This document shows positions 11,518 through 47,539 of a DNA stretch of 64,000 nucleotides, piece by piece; positions within the stretch are counted from its first letter, which is position 1; each line of letters starts with the position of its first letter. Below the pieces are notes generated by a model. That model saw nothing but the letters and a program-made list of their open reading frames with translations, was not told the origin of the DNA and searched no databases. This DNA comes from Gnetum montanum. Lineage: Eukaryota; Plantae; Gnetophyta. The translations under genes were made by a program, and so were the position numbers. The DNA lies in assembly GCA_015680685.1 (NCBI GenBank), contig MNCI01002788.1, positions 8,413 to 72,412 on the forward strand, read 5' to 3'.

Positions 11518-12852
11518 AAAGGGCATGTAAAGAATGATTGTCCTAAATATTAGAAATGGCTTGAGAAGAAAGGTACTTAATTCTCACTTATTTGTTTTGA
11601 ATCTAATATTTTTTATGTTGGCCATAACACACGGTGGATTGACTCTGGTTCTACAATCCATGTTACTAATTCCTTGCAGGGGGTGAAAAACCTAAGGAAG
11701 TGAGTGGGAATTGAGTTGTGCATCTATTTAGGCAACAATATGTGCTCACATGTGAACGCAATCGGAACATGCAAATTAGTTTTTTAAGCAGTGGTTTTTT
11801 TTTAGAGTTGCAAAAGACATTTTATATTCCAAGTTTTTCAAGGAATTTAATTTATGTTTCAAGGCTTGTATCATTGGGATTTCCTTTAATTTTTCAAACA
11901 CTATATTCAGTTTATATTATTGATCTGAACTTATTAGAAATGATACATTGATAGATGATCTTTTCAAAATTAGTTTACAAAATGAAACTTCTTATACTTC
12001 TATGCATGTTCATGATAGTGCTGGCATTAAGAGATATGTTATGAATGAAGTATCCTCTATGTTGTGGCATCATAGATTAGGACATATCTCTATTGAGAAC
12101 ATAAAGAGATTAGTAAATGATAGAGTACTTAGTACTCTAGATTTTACTGACTTTGACACTTGTGTGGACTGCATAAAGGGAAAGTAGACCAATATGTTAA
12201 AGAAAGGCACCAAGAGGAGTTCATACATATTAGAGATCATACATACAACTATTTGTAATCCAGATATGGATGCGTATGGTCAAAGATATTTCATTACTTT
12301 TATTGATGATTACTCACAATATATGTATCTCTTCCTGCTGCATAACAAGAACAAAGCTTTAGATGCCTTTAAGGTGTTTAAGGATAAAGTTAGAAAAACA
12401 ATGTGGTAAGCAAATGAAGATAGTGAGGTTTCATAAAGGTGGTAAATACTATGGTAGATACACCAATGATGGACAAGCACCTAGTCCATTTGCTAAGTTT
12501 CTTCAAGAGCATGGGATTATTGCCCAATACACTATGCCTGATTCTCCAGACTAGAATGATGTGGCAAAGAGAAGAAATCGAACATTGTTAGACATGATGT
12601 AGAGTATGCTTAGCAACTCCAAGCTTCCTAAGTTATTGTGGACTAAAGCTCTCAAGATGGCTATGTATATATTAAACTGAGTTCCAACCAAGGCTATCTT
12701 AAAGACACCATTTGAATTATGAAAGGTTGAAAATCAAGTTTACAACATATACACGTTTGGGGATGCTTGTCTGAAGTAAGAGTCTATAATCCACAAGAAA
12801 AAAAGCTAGACCCAAGGACCATAAGTGGGTATTTCATTGGATATGCTAAAGA
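11518..12852 (+). mobile_element. Ty1/copia fragment (gag knuckle end - protease - integrase), host of element B, truncated in integrase
   Basis: KGHVKNDCPKY immediately after the B LTR; WIDSGSTIHV (~11635); LWHHRLGHIS...CVDCIKGK (12060-12185); YFITFIDDYSQ; KLDPRTISGYFIGYA (~12805-12848). Confidence 0.9.
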
Positions 12853-12854
12853 AA

Positions 12855-13800
12855 TAGGATATGCAAAATTAGTAATTAAAATAGGAAAAAATAGTGGTCC
12901 CTTCAAAGTTATATACAGGAGAATTTAATACTTTCCTTTATTGCATACATTTTTTCATTGCAAATTCATTCCAATGGCTTACATCATGCATTCCACATAC
13001 ATTCCAAAAAACTTTTTCTAGATCACATATTAATTGCAAGAAAGCACTATAGCAATAATGTCAATTGTAGCTTATTGGATTAGGGTCTAAATCAAGGGCA
13101 TGAACTAGATTTCTATGTGTGCCATCCATTGTTCCACAAATCATTGGTAACAATGTAAGTGATTGAAAATCACTTAAAATGTTGTATAGTCATTCACCAA
13201 ATGGTATAATTATGTGCATGTTTTGCAAATGATCTACAATTATATTAATTATTAACCAAACATATTTCTACACAGTTGATTCTCCCACAATATAATTCAC
13301 CCATTGTACATGTTGAGGTGTTGTAACCAAGATAATGTGAAACTAAATAGAGTGCTTTTTCTTGCTATAATGGCTCTCAAACATACTATAATGCTTCATT
13401 GTTGCATATTGTATTTCACTTAATAATTTTTAATATAGAGGATACGTCATTCTGTAATGCATCCTACATAACATATTCAACCTTGATTCATCTGATTTCC
13501 ATATTTCATTTTGAATATTATTCCAGAAAATATTTTTTCATGGAAATCTCCACCATTATGATAAAGTCTAACTTTTATATAAAGTAAGAAACATGGATTA
13601 TACTTGAAACTGTAATTGATACATTGAGGTAACCAAATCGCTAGTTAACAATGTTCTTAATGAATTCATCCATATCATAAAAAACATTCTATCCATTTTC
13701 TTACAAATAAAATAAACATGATAAATATACTAAAGGTAATTTTACATCCAAATAATTTTTAAGCCATATGTATTCAAAACTTTTAGGCCAAAATATATAT
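12855..13800 (-). mobile_element. Highly decayed PIF/Harbinger-type transposase fragment
   Basis: Minus-strand translation gives GESTV (~13280), ICGTMDGTH (~13120), YSAFLQLICD (~13030), G.HD (~12985) and FAYPI (~12860). These match the order of DDE_Tnp_4 motifs (GAIDGTH, YS..LQ.vcD, GS.HD, GDSAYP). Confidence 0.6.
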
Positions 13801-15795
13801 AATAAAAAAATTTAGAAATAGAATGCACTAAAATGAGAACCATATTATAAAAACAGCCAAAATGATGAATATATTATAAGAACAACTTGCACAAGGATGT
13901 GGTGTTGTAGATAGAGTAAAACTTGAAATTTTTTAAATTCAACTTAAGATAACGTTGATGAAACTTTAAGATCAAATGTAATCTTATGGTATTGACCTTG
14001 ATTCAAATTTGTAATCAAATTTGTAAATTGTTTACAGCTTTTCCGCATCCAACCTCATTCTTTCGTAGGATATCGGTTGCTCCTTTATCCTTACTTTCTT
14101 GATTTATAAAAGTTGGGGCTATGGCAGAAAGAGAGTTCTCCAGAATACATGTTATGCACTTTACAAATGATCACTACTAATGGTAATGCAGTTGGAACAG
14201 AATGACTTCGATTTGTATTTAAAAATTAGCTTCAAATGAAATGGCTTCAATTTGTATTCAAGAACCAGCTTCGATTTGTATTCAATAACTACTTGTGCTG
14301 TTGGTTTAGGTGCTCTTTCTGTTTTGGAAACCCAAAAGGAAAAAAAATTGCAAGTTTTCAGGTATGTATTACAGTTTCCCTTGATAAAATTCCCACCATG
14401 TTTTAAGTCCATACATATACATTAGCTAAAAACTCTCAGCCTTTTTTCTCATGTGCGCCATGACTAGCATTATGCAAAAATAAGTACTTTGAATTAACAT
14501 AGCATCGCCAACTCAGCGTGTGCTTAGGACATCAGTTGTCTCCTATTGCTGAACACACGAAAATTATCAATGCATTAAATGCATAACCAGTAAAAATTAA
14601 ACAGGATGTTACTTTCACGAGCTAGCCTTTAAATCCAGGAGACCGAGGGCAAAATGCTTGCAAGCAAAAAATCTCCTAATTCCACATCTACGGGCCAAAG
14701 ATTGAGCCGGCTTTAGTGCTCGATTTTAAACTTGTATACGTATCAGCAAATGATTTCAATGCTGAAAAACCCAATACACCGTCGTGTCTTTTGAAGCAGG
14801 AACGCACCTTTTCTCATGACTTAACAGGCATGAACAAAGTGTTTTACAGGAGATGATTTCTGCAATTCTCTTTCGCAAAACACATTTAACGCAAAAGATA
14901 ACGCAATAACTGTCAACGACTCTGAAGGAATTCAAACAGGAATTCCCAACATACACACAATCCCCTTTTTTTGTTAAGGTAATATGATTGGAAATTGCTC
15001 ACGAATAAAATAAGCAGAGTGCATACTTTATCTGATTCCAGACGTTTGATAAGGAAAATTATGCTTCATCAGATGACGGACGTGTTCGATAAGGAAAATT
15101 TAAAGGAGGGGTCAATGGGTATTGAGGCTTTATAGCCGTTCAACAAATTCTTTATGATTTCATAGAAGCAATAAACTTTTACCGTTTCTAAATTTTCTAA
15201 GCATTATGGTCTTGTAAAAATCTTTATTTTTATAAGTACGTCAAACCCACCAAGTTTTTACCTTGATTTAAGTCACCAATGTCATTAGAGGGCTAGTAAG
15301 TTGATGCTTAAATTCTTTTCTAGCAATTGGAATGCAGTGAAATTCACTTGGTTTCCTAGCCAGCCTCGAATAATTTGTTTTTTTTTTTTTAAGGTGAACA
15401 CAATCAAGATTCAACCAGCCACAGTAAGCCAACTAAGCGTTCACTGATTTTTAATGTTTCTTAGGAAACCCATTTAAATTTCCACAGGTCAATCATGCCG
15501 TGAGTTAATAGAATTTCATTCAACATTTAACCTACAAACTGCAAATGTACGTACAAAAAAAATCTCTCAAAATGAAATAAATATGCTTTACAACTGCCAT
15601 CAGATTTATCTCCTATAACAATGGATTAAGCCTTTTATGGGGTGCTGAATGAAAGAAATAGCATCAGAATTGGTTAAAAGTGAAAATAGAGGTTAACAAA
15701 AATAATTAAGTATGGGGAAAAATGTTAGCATGCTTAAATGACTAATAAAAAACGTGATGTATTAATTTCCCAAGCAGATGTCTCTCATGTTATTC

Positions 15796-39519
<23,724 letters not shown>

Positions 39520-40249
39520 TATTTGTTTTGAAATTGATCTGCATACAAGTTTTGAAAAAATAAAAATTTGAGTCCACAAATTAATTCAAAAAAGTAACAT
39601 TAGAAATGGCAACAATAAAATGTCAACACTGAATTTTGCTAGCAAAAACTATGAGCTACTCAAATAACATTTGAGATGTCTTATTATGATAACTATGGCT
39701 TAGAGTTCAGACAAAGATATATCTTTTAAAAATCAGCTCCAAATTATGTTCTATATAGCAAGAGAGAAACTCTTATTCAGGTGCACTGAGGCCTGAATCA
39801 TTGATGCAGGCAAAAAATATAACAGGATCATAAACATTTAAAGATTGACCATAAAAGAAGTGTGATTTAACTGTCACCTTCATGAAATTTTTATGGTTAC
39901 AAGTTAACCCATTCATAAATTGTTGTGATAAAGCTTCTATCAGAATGAAAAATTGGGAAACAAACCTGCAGTAAGTGATTATACATGCCATTGGAAATTT
40001 CTATTTAAGCATATAAATAAGCTTATAGAAATTAAAAAGTGAAAAGTCACTTGCAATGCATAAAATTTATAAGCACTTGCACTAAAATTCAAGGTTAACA
40101 AAGATTTAAAGCAAGCCCTAAAATTGAACGTTGGAGAAACATATAACTACATGGATTGGTGTTATACACAGAAGGTTCTGGTACAATGTACATGGAAAAG
40201 TGAGGAAACTACCAAATGCTATACACAACCCCACTTCTATTTACTTTTA

Positions 40250-41640
40250 AGTGGCCACTACATTAGAAACTTCAAGGTTTGCAATTGTCTATGACAAGGT
40301 AATTAAATGTCCTTGTATCTGCATGGAGGCCTTTGCTAAAATGCTTCAAAAACTACAATTACAATACCTTATGCAAGAAATTCATTTATTATTTGGCTGT
40401 CTAGAATTTATGTACATCGAGTTTGCTAGTAGTAACTTTGTCTATCTTCAAAGTTGATTCAAAATGCCTCCCATTTATGTTACCATGGTGTACTCTGCAA
40501 GCCCTCATATTTGATATAATTCTTTTAGCATTTCCAAGGAATAAAGACATGAATTCTCTCTGCTCTTAATTGCAATATTAATGAATTACTAACTAAATAT
40601 CTGAGCCTTCAATACCTCAACCCACATGACTAAAAACATCTAGGATCTTGTGCTTCAGAAAAGTCAACAATGCTTTGTAGGGTGAAAAAAAATGTAGATC
40701 AAATCAGTCTTGCACTCAATGACTATACAGAACATATTAATGCAAGTGTCATGTTCTCCATCCCCCAAATGAATGTTTAAACATATGTTAAAGGTTGAAC
40801 AAGTTTATTTATGATCACACTCTATATAACACTTCACATGGCTAAATATGACAATACATAAACGCCTAAGATGAAAGGTGGTTTGGGTGTGAAATATAAA
40901 CTAGCAATTGATATGACCCTGCTTAGAAAAATCATGTTGCAGCTTAACCTGGTAGTAAATCATTCATCGTAAGAAATAAAAGTTCCTTGATGTGACTTTC
41001 CATGAGGTCCTTGTAATTTGTTGTATCTTCCCTATTTGGAGAAAACTCAAAAAATGTTGTGTTAATTTGTAGATGATAAATCAATTCAAGCTTGTGGCAT
41101 AATCCAGAAAGATGGAAGTTGCAAAGCGATAAACAATTCCATGCACAAAGGTCCCAAGAAGTAAAGGATGGTATGCTTTTAAGGAAACCCATGTTGATTT
41201 TGTTTTCCATTACTGAGGATTGCTATATGAGTGGTCTGTGCAGGTTAATCATACTTAACTCATTTCAACCTGACTGTTGCCCATAAGTATTCTTCATTAT
41301 AAATAAAGGTTATTCTTTGAGGCACTGTTTTGCTCTGTGATGCAAGCATTAACAAAGTACCATACTTCTCTATCATTATGGTACATGGTTCTAACCCAAT
41401 TGTTGTGCTTTCATGGAAGATAGTCTGTTGTTACTTTGCCAAAGTTAAAAATCCCTTCTTGTATTGTCCATGATACCTGACCAATGATACGGTTAACAAT
41501 ATCTCATATTGTTACAATGTCCATCTGCTTGTGATCTTTGGGCATATCTTTGTAGAGACTTTATGCAACAGTGGCATATCCTTGATAACATTATAGTACT
41601 AGTGCATGAATGGACTACTTTAGGTTTTGACAAGCTTCAC
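40250..41640 (-). mobile_element. Very decayed hAT-like (DUF659-type) transposase relic in the probable 5' UTR intron
   Basis: Faint minus-strand motifs in hAT order (F.SPY, TMVT.KW, VF.K....AS, T..YL, NVV); heavily frameshifted. Confidence 0.35.
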
Positions 41641-42299
41641 TGCCATATCTAATTAGGATTATTTCCTACATTTACTATCACGTGTCGCTGTAAAAATACA
41701 TCGTAACTTACTAAAATTCTTATGCATGCGTTAGGAAACTCTGCAATATGATTCTTTAGCAGTGATAGAGTGCATGATTTTATAGGCAAAATGACCCAAC
41801 TTAGCAAAAACCATTCTTGGAACAGAACCCTCAACACCACATCATGGGCCAAACTCCACTCGATTTTTTAACCTTGCATGATTTTGCTCTGCCAAGCTTC
41901 TTTTGTGTAAATACTATTTATTTTTCAAAGATTTGGATTTGTTTAAATTTAATATTTGCCCCTTAATATTATTAAGGGTTTGGGACTGGTCTAATACAAT
42001 AATGTCCCATGCACCTGCTTTCCAATGAATCAACAATAAATCTATTCGTGACACCCTTTCAAAAAAAAATGAAAAAAAAAAAAAGAAACGTAAACAAATG
42101 ATTCCAAAATACTTAGTATGATTATTGTAAGAAAATCTCAATATAAAAGTCTAAGATGGATTTATGAGTTTGGTGCTACCTATGGCAAGACACGCATTGA
42201 TTAAATGCTAATAAAAAGACCAAACTAGTGAATTGCTATCAAAACAAAGCATCAGCTATTTTTAAGTTCTTAAATTAGTGGGCATTTTGTATGTTTTCT

Positions 42300-42960
42300 A
42301 TTGAGACATGTTAATTTTGTCATGTCCGTAGTAATTCTCGGTGTTGAAGACGACTGTTAGTTATAGTACTGAAATGAAATTATAGATTACACTTGAAACC
42401 TGATGAAACATTTTGCTGCGGAAGAACATCGATCTTCAGTGTCAGGATATGAAATACACTAGCTATAGACACGATTCAGTATTTTTGAAGTGAAGAAAAT
42501 AAAGCTTCTGACAAAAATTCGAACATACGACAAGCTGCATAGAAAAACAAGCCAAGAGAACAATTCATTCAAGAAACATTGAAATAATAATTAAAATGCC
42601 ACTTATTCAAAATGTTCAAAACAAAGTTCGAATTACTAAGCACGTATGTTGCTATTGCTAATATTGAGCAGATCCAATTTGAGGCGGCTCTTTAAACGTA
42701 GCATACATTTAACCACGGAAAAAGAGACAAGTGTAGCGTTCGTACATGTTGAGTCAGATAGTAGAAAGCCCAAAGAATGAAAGCAGCAACTATTCTGTCT
42801 AAAAAGACAGCAGAAAGAAACTTCGGGGAGGCAGGAATCGAGTTCAGCGGAAAGAATCTTAGCGGAGGTAGAATCGTCAAAAAATATGATATATGTACCG
42901 ACTCTTAGGACGAGTTCAGGTGCCGACCCTTGGCGAAACATGCTTTACGTAATTTACAAC
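42300..42960 (-). promoter_or_regulatory. Probable UKL promoter / non-coding first exon region
   Basis: CpG-retaining, unique-looking DNA upstream of the acceptor at 39539. Pyrimidine-rich on the minus strand, with candidate donors CAG|GTTTC (42399) and CG|GTACAT (~42898). TSS not locatable. Confidence 0.4.
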
Positions 42961-43088
42961 TCTACGATTTCAATTTCAATTTTAGTTATTCGATAACTCT
43001 AGGTTTCAGTTTCAATTTTAGTTATTTGGTTACATGATGCGGTCTGTTACATGATACATGATGCTATATGCTATCATTAATTTGCAGG

Positions 43089-43479
43089 TTGTACCCTAGG
43101 TCATAGGCTCAATTCTCTGAGGTATCATTGAGTTATAAACTTTTATAAATCTTGGGTTGTACCCGTGTTTCACTTATTTCATGTTCCAACACCCTTTCTA
43201 ACTTGTAGGTTGCAAATTCAATTCATGATGATGAATTAACTATTCCTATAAAACATAATTTAGTTGGTTAAAAAATGTAATTTATGATTTACAGGTGACA
43301 AGGCAAGTTTATATAAGAACTAAGCTTGTGATTTATAAGTTGTAAGTTCAATCCTAGAAGGATGCTAAGACAAGGGGTGTTGGAATCTAAAATAAGTGAA
43401 ACATAGGTACATCCCAAGAGTTAAAAGTTTATAACTCAATGCAACCTAGTAGAATCAAACTATGATTTGGGGTTACCAA
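43089..43479. repeat. Long imperfect inverted repeat (MITE/foldback-like)
   Basis: 43126-43197 (CATTGAGTTATAAACTTTT...TTCACTTATTT...TTCCAACACCC) is the reverse complement of 43372-43441. Weaker pairing extends to ~110-bp arms. Confidence 0.8.
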
Positions 43480-44986
43480 GCCAATATCTATACCACTAGG
43501 GGGATGCTAAGACACACGCTAACCTTTATCCTTAAGATATGTGCCAACTTGGGAGCTATATTACATGATAAGACCCATAGGATCTATTGGATAGACATTA
43601 CATTTTCATGAAAAATAAAGAGAGATTCTATAAATTGAGCAAGCACTAATGTGGGCAACAAAACAAATCATAGAAATTTCTCATTATAATAGTATAACCC
43701 TATAGGTGGCTCAAGTGGTCATCTTATTATCTTATTAAGCAATAGGTTGCCAATTTGAGTCACATTTGAGGCATTGGTATATTCCTCTATAATTCTTCTA
43801 ATGTATCTTGGGGTATACCTATAGTCAAATTATTTTTAAATGTTATTATTTTACGTTCCAACACCTCATTTCATCTCCCCTTTCCCCTATAACACCCCTC
43901 CATAGGACCCCTCAATATAGTTTGATGTCTCATTATGCATATGAATGCAAGGATCATTAGAGGTGTGTTTGACTAGTTGGTTCAAATTATTATGAGCTTA
44001 TGATGAATTGAGATACTGTATGATATCTTATCATATGTGATTTTAATGTCTTACTTATGATTACATGGCATGATTATGCACACTAATCTTATGGGATGTG
44101 TTAAGTAGGTGTTGTAACTAGTAGGGATGGTGGATTGGGGACAAGAGTAGTGTCAGAGGTTGACAGCAAAATAAGGTCCCTCTAAGCTTATTGTGGAATA
44201 AAGTTTAACTTCTTTGGAGTCCCTTTAAGCTACTAATGAAGCATCATGGTTGGCCACATCAATGGGATGTCGTCAACATGGGGTTTGACCCATTGACATG
44301 TACCTGTCAATGGGGCACCCTATTTCATTTATAAATATGCACTCACCAATTGCATTTATGGCATAAGTCTCATAGTTGTAGCAAAAGCTCTAGCAGTTTT
44401 TTCACTTGAAAGTTACAATATTTTTTAAGTGTCTGCAATAGGAGTCAAAGAGTGTATAGATCTTTATTCAAGCACTATTGAGCACTGCAGTGTGTGTGGC
44501 AATAAAGACAAGCTTTTTGATAAACCTTGCAACACTTTGAAATAGATTAATTATTTCATTTATGCATTTAATATTTTAAACAATTTCCTTTAATGCTTTA
44601 AGTAATTAAATTATGCTAATTTAAGCTAAATTAAGCTAGATTAAGATAGATTAAATAGTGATTAATTAAGCACATAAGTACGACCACTTTGAGCATACGC
44701 TTAATGCTTGGTAATCCTAGTAATGCTTAATGTTTGGTAACTCAGTAGCATTAAACGTGTTCAAGATGTGTAGGGCAAGTGGGAACAAATGCTTATGTTA
44801 AAATTAGTTAAATGTTAGTTAGAGTAAATTAGCAATTAATTATATAATTCTTTATTCTTTATTCTTAGGCAACTTAGAACATAAAACATAAAAATGATAA
44901 AAATCAAATCATATGCCTCAGTTGCAATTAACCATACCTTTGCATTTCACAAGTGTAATTGGGAAGATAACAATTGCAATGGTTAG

Positions 44987-45843
44987 TGATAAATCGTGTT
45001 TTTTTCATACACTTCAATATCAGAGTGGTCATGATATTGGGTACATGATATTGTAGCCCAAGATGCGATATCATACATTCGATATTGCAGGGTTACTCCC
45101 GAGTCTATAAATACAGCCCCTAGGCACACGATTGAGGAAAGGTTGTTTAACAATCAAGTAGCGAAACTCTTGCAGTTTGTCCATTTGAGAGTTATAATAT
45201 TTTCCAAGTGCCCGCAATAGGAGATCTAAGTGTGATTGAATCTTTATTCAAGCAATGATGTACTTGAACACACCATTGTGTTGGAAATAAAGGCGAGCTC
45301 TTTGATTCACCTTACAACACTTGAGACTTTCTTTCTTATGCATTTACATATATTGTGATTTCATTCAATTTACATTAATGTTATTCATTCAGCAATTAAT
45401 TTTGATTCATTAAGCAACTGATTAAAATACACAAGCACAACCCCTTTGAACATACATGTCACACTTAGTGCTCAGAAATGGTTAGCGTTTGACAACCCAG
45501 CAGTGTTTACACAAAGTTCAAGATGTGTCCGGGAAGTGGGAACGGTTACTTGTGTTAGGCTAGATTAGATCATAGTTTTCTTAGCACTTAATCACTTTCA
45601 CTTTCATTCTTGTTCTAAACAAGTAAATTGATAAAACACAAAATAATTAAAATCTTACGTGTCAGTCACACTTAATCATACAATTGCATTCCACAAGTGA
45701 GACTGAGAAGACAACGAATGGACAACAAATGCACTGTTTAGCTCTAGTGTACTTGGTAATTAAAATCTATGGAATTCGATTGGATCACATGTGAACACTT
45801 GTGATTCGTATGGTTGGGCATAGGGGTACCCCACCACTCATCA
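44987..45843 (+). repeat. 5' LTR of element C
   Basis: TGATAAATC...CACTCATCA; matches 58815-59706. Confidence 0.92.
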
Positions 45844-47172
45844 TTGGTGCCATTAATAAGGACTTTAGTTCTACGTGCACTATCTAAAACAAGTGAAACT
45901 TAGTAACCTTATTGTTCGAACCCTAAGAGTCAAATCTTATGAAAACAAAAATTAGAATTATAATTAAATTAAACCTTAACTACACACTACCTATAAGTCC
46001 ATTAACATAAAATGTCTTCTTCTCATAGGAGCCTATCTCTGCCTAGGGTAGACTAGGTACCTCAGTAATACCGGGTGGTATATGCTCATCCTGATGAGTA
46101 TGTACAGACTTCACTGTTATCTTGCATCAAGATGAACTACTATGGTGGCATGACAGGGAAGGCAACATTATGTTGTCACTTGATCGATCTGTTGCAGCAA
46201 TGCTCCACCTAATGCTCACATGACACGAGCTTTAACATCTTAATGGAGAATACGAGATGCGATATCTCGATTCAAGGGATTATCATCCCACTGAAGCATA
46301 AAGGTTAAGGGATTGTCAATTGAAGCACCAACGTGAGCTTGTGATGGGCAAGGGGTCAAACACTTTTCCACCTTTGCTTGGCCCATTGGATGGAGGCAAC
46401 CATTTCTTTAGTGATTCTCCTCTCTTTGACTTTGTTCAGGGAGTCCTCAACTAGAATGTGCAATCCACCATTCATAATCCAAGTTCTAGTCAGAATGGAT
46501 CCAATGACAAAAATGGATCTGGTGGGGCAAGTCATGATAAGGGGGAAAAAGGAGGTCATGATTGTGATTGTGGTCACAAGGATCAAAGAAAGGGTGATAG
46601 GAGTCAGTGCGAAGCAAGTTCTCCCTCCTCTTTCCCTTCATCATCTACTTCTTCTTCATCTGGCTCAGATCGTGGCCATAAAAGGAATAACCATGATGGA
46701 GGTGATCGACAAGACTATAACAACAAAAGAGACCATCAGGACAGTCATGACCAAAGGCATGGACAATCCATATAGATCCATCATCAAGAAAGAAGGGCTA
46801 GTAGAGAACATCGTAGGCACCATCACCATGGCCTTGATGAACCTTTACTTGCCACTCCAAGCATCTTGAACATTGCAGAGGCTATGAGGATTCCAACAAG
46901 GCACATGAAAGATAGTAGAATAAAGAGGCTAAACATGAACAACATCCCTCAATTTGAGGGAGGATATGATACTAATCCACAAAATCATCTCTAAGCCTTC
47001 CAAGATGCATGTGCCTTGTAGAATATTGAGAACAACTAGTAGAAGTTGAAATTATTTCCAAGAACACTCATAAAGAAAGCAGAAAGTTGATACCAATACT
47101 TGGAGCTAGAATCAATCAGGTGGTGGAGTACAATGTTGGAATTTTTTAATGATAAATATCAAATGTACTCCC

Positions 47173-47536
47173 TGAGAAATCTAAATCTAAAGGGCCCTGG
47201 ATCTACTATCTATGCTAAACAAAAATTAAAGAACTTTGTTAGAACAAAAAACACACTTACAATCTGTTAATCCAAAATCTATATATTTATAAATATGTGC
47301 TGCTACAATTATATAGACTTGGATCCTTCCAAAAATGGATTTGAAGAGATAAGCATGAGTCTCTAAAATCATGGGAATGATCCTTATCATCTTATTTATG
47401 GATGAGATAAGCATGGGTATGGATAAGCATGGATATGGATAAGCATGGACAACTAGGATCTCATCTTATTTAGAATAAATAAAAGGATAAGATCAATCTC
47501 CTAATAACATGGAACATCTACACATCATCTTCCACA
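47173..47536 (-). repeat. 3' LTR of copia E
   Basis: TG...CA ends; internal tandem GGATAAGCATGG repeats; roughly 94% identical to 51348-51711 by manual count. Confidence 0.95.
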
Positions 47537-47539
47537 AAC

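Noticed and set aside
14679-14760. USE-like TTCCACATCT followed by an AT-rich box, suggesting an snRNA promoter
   Set aside because: Imperfect USE match, and the downstream sequence resembles no snRNA I recognise.
42636-42941. 101-aa ORF upstream of UKL as a gene or uORF
   Set aside because: No recognisable homology or coding character; the region is probably 5' UTR or intron.
46378-46869. 163-aa ORF and the 211-aa ORF at 52320-52955 as host genes
   Set aside because: They are alternate or shifted frames of low-complexity Athila gag.
47395-47452. Short periodic repeats GGATAAGCATGG (also 51575-51625) as a CRISPR-like array
   Set aside because: They are tandem repeats inside copia LTRs, with no unique spacers, in a eukaryotic context.
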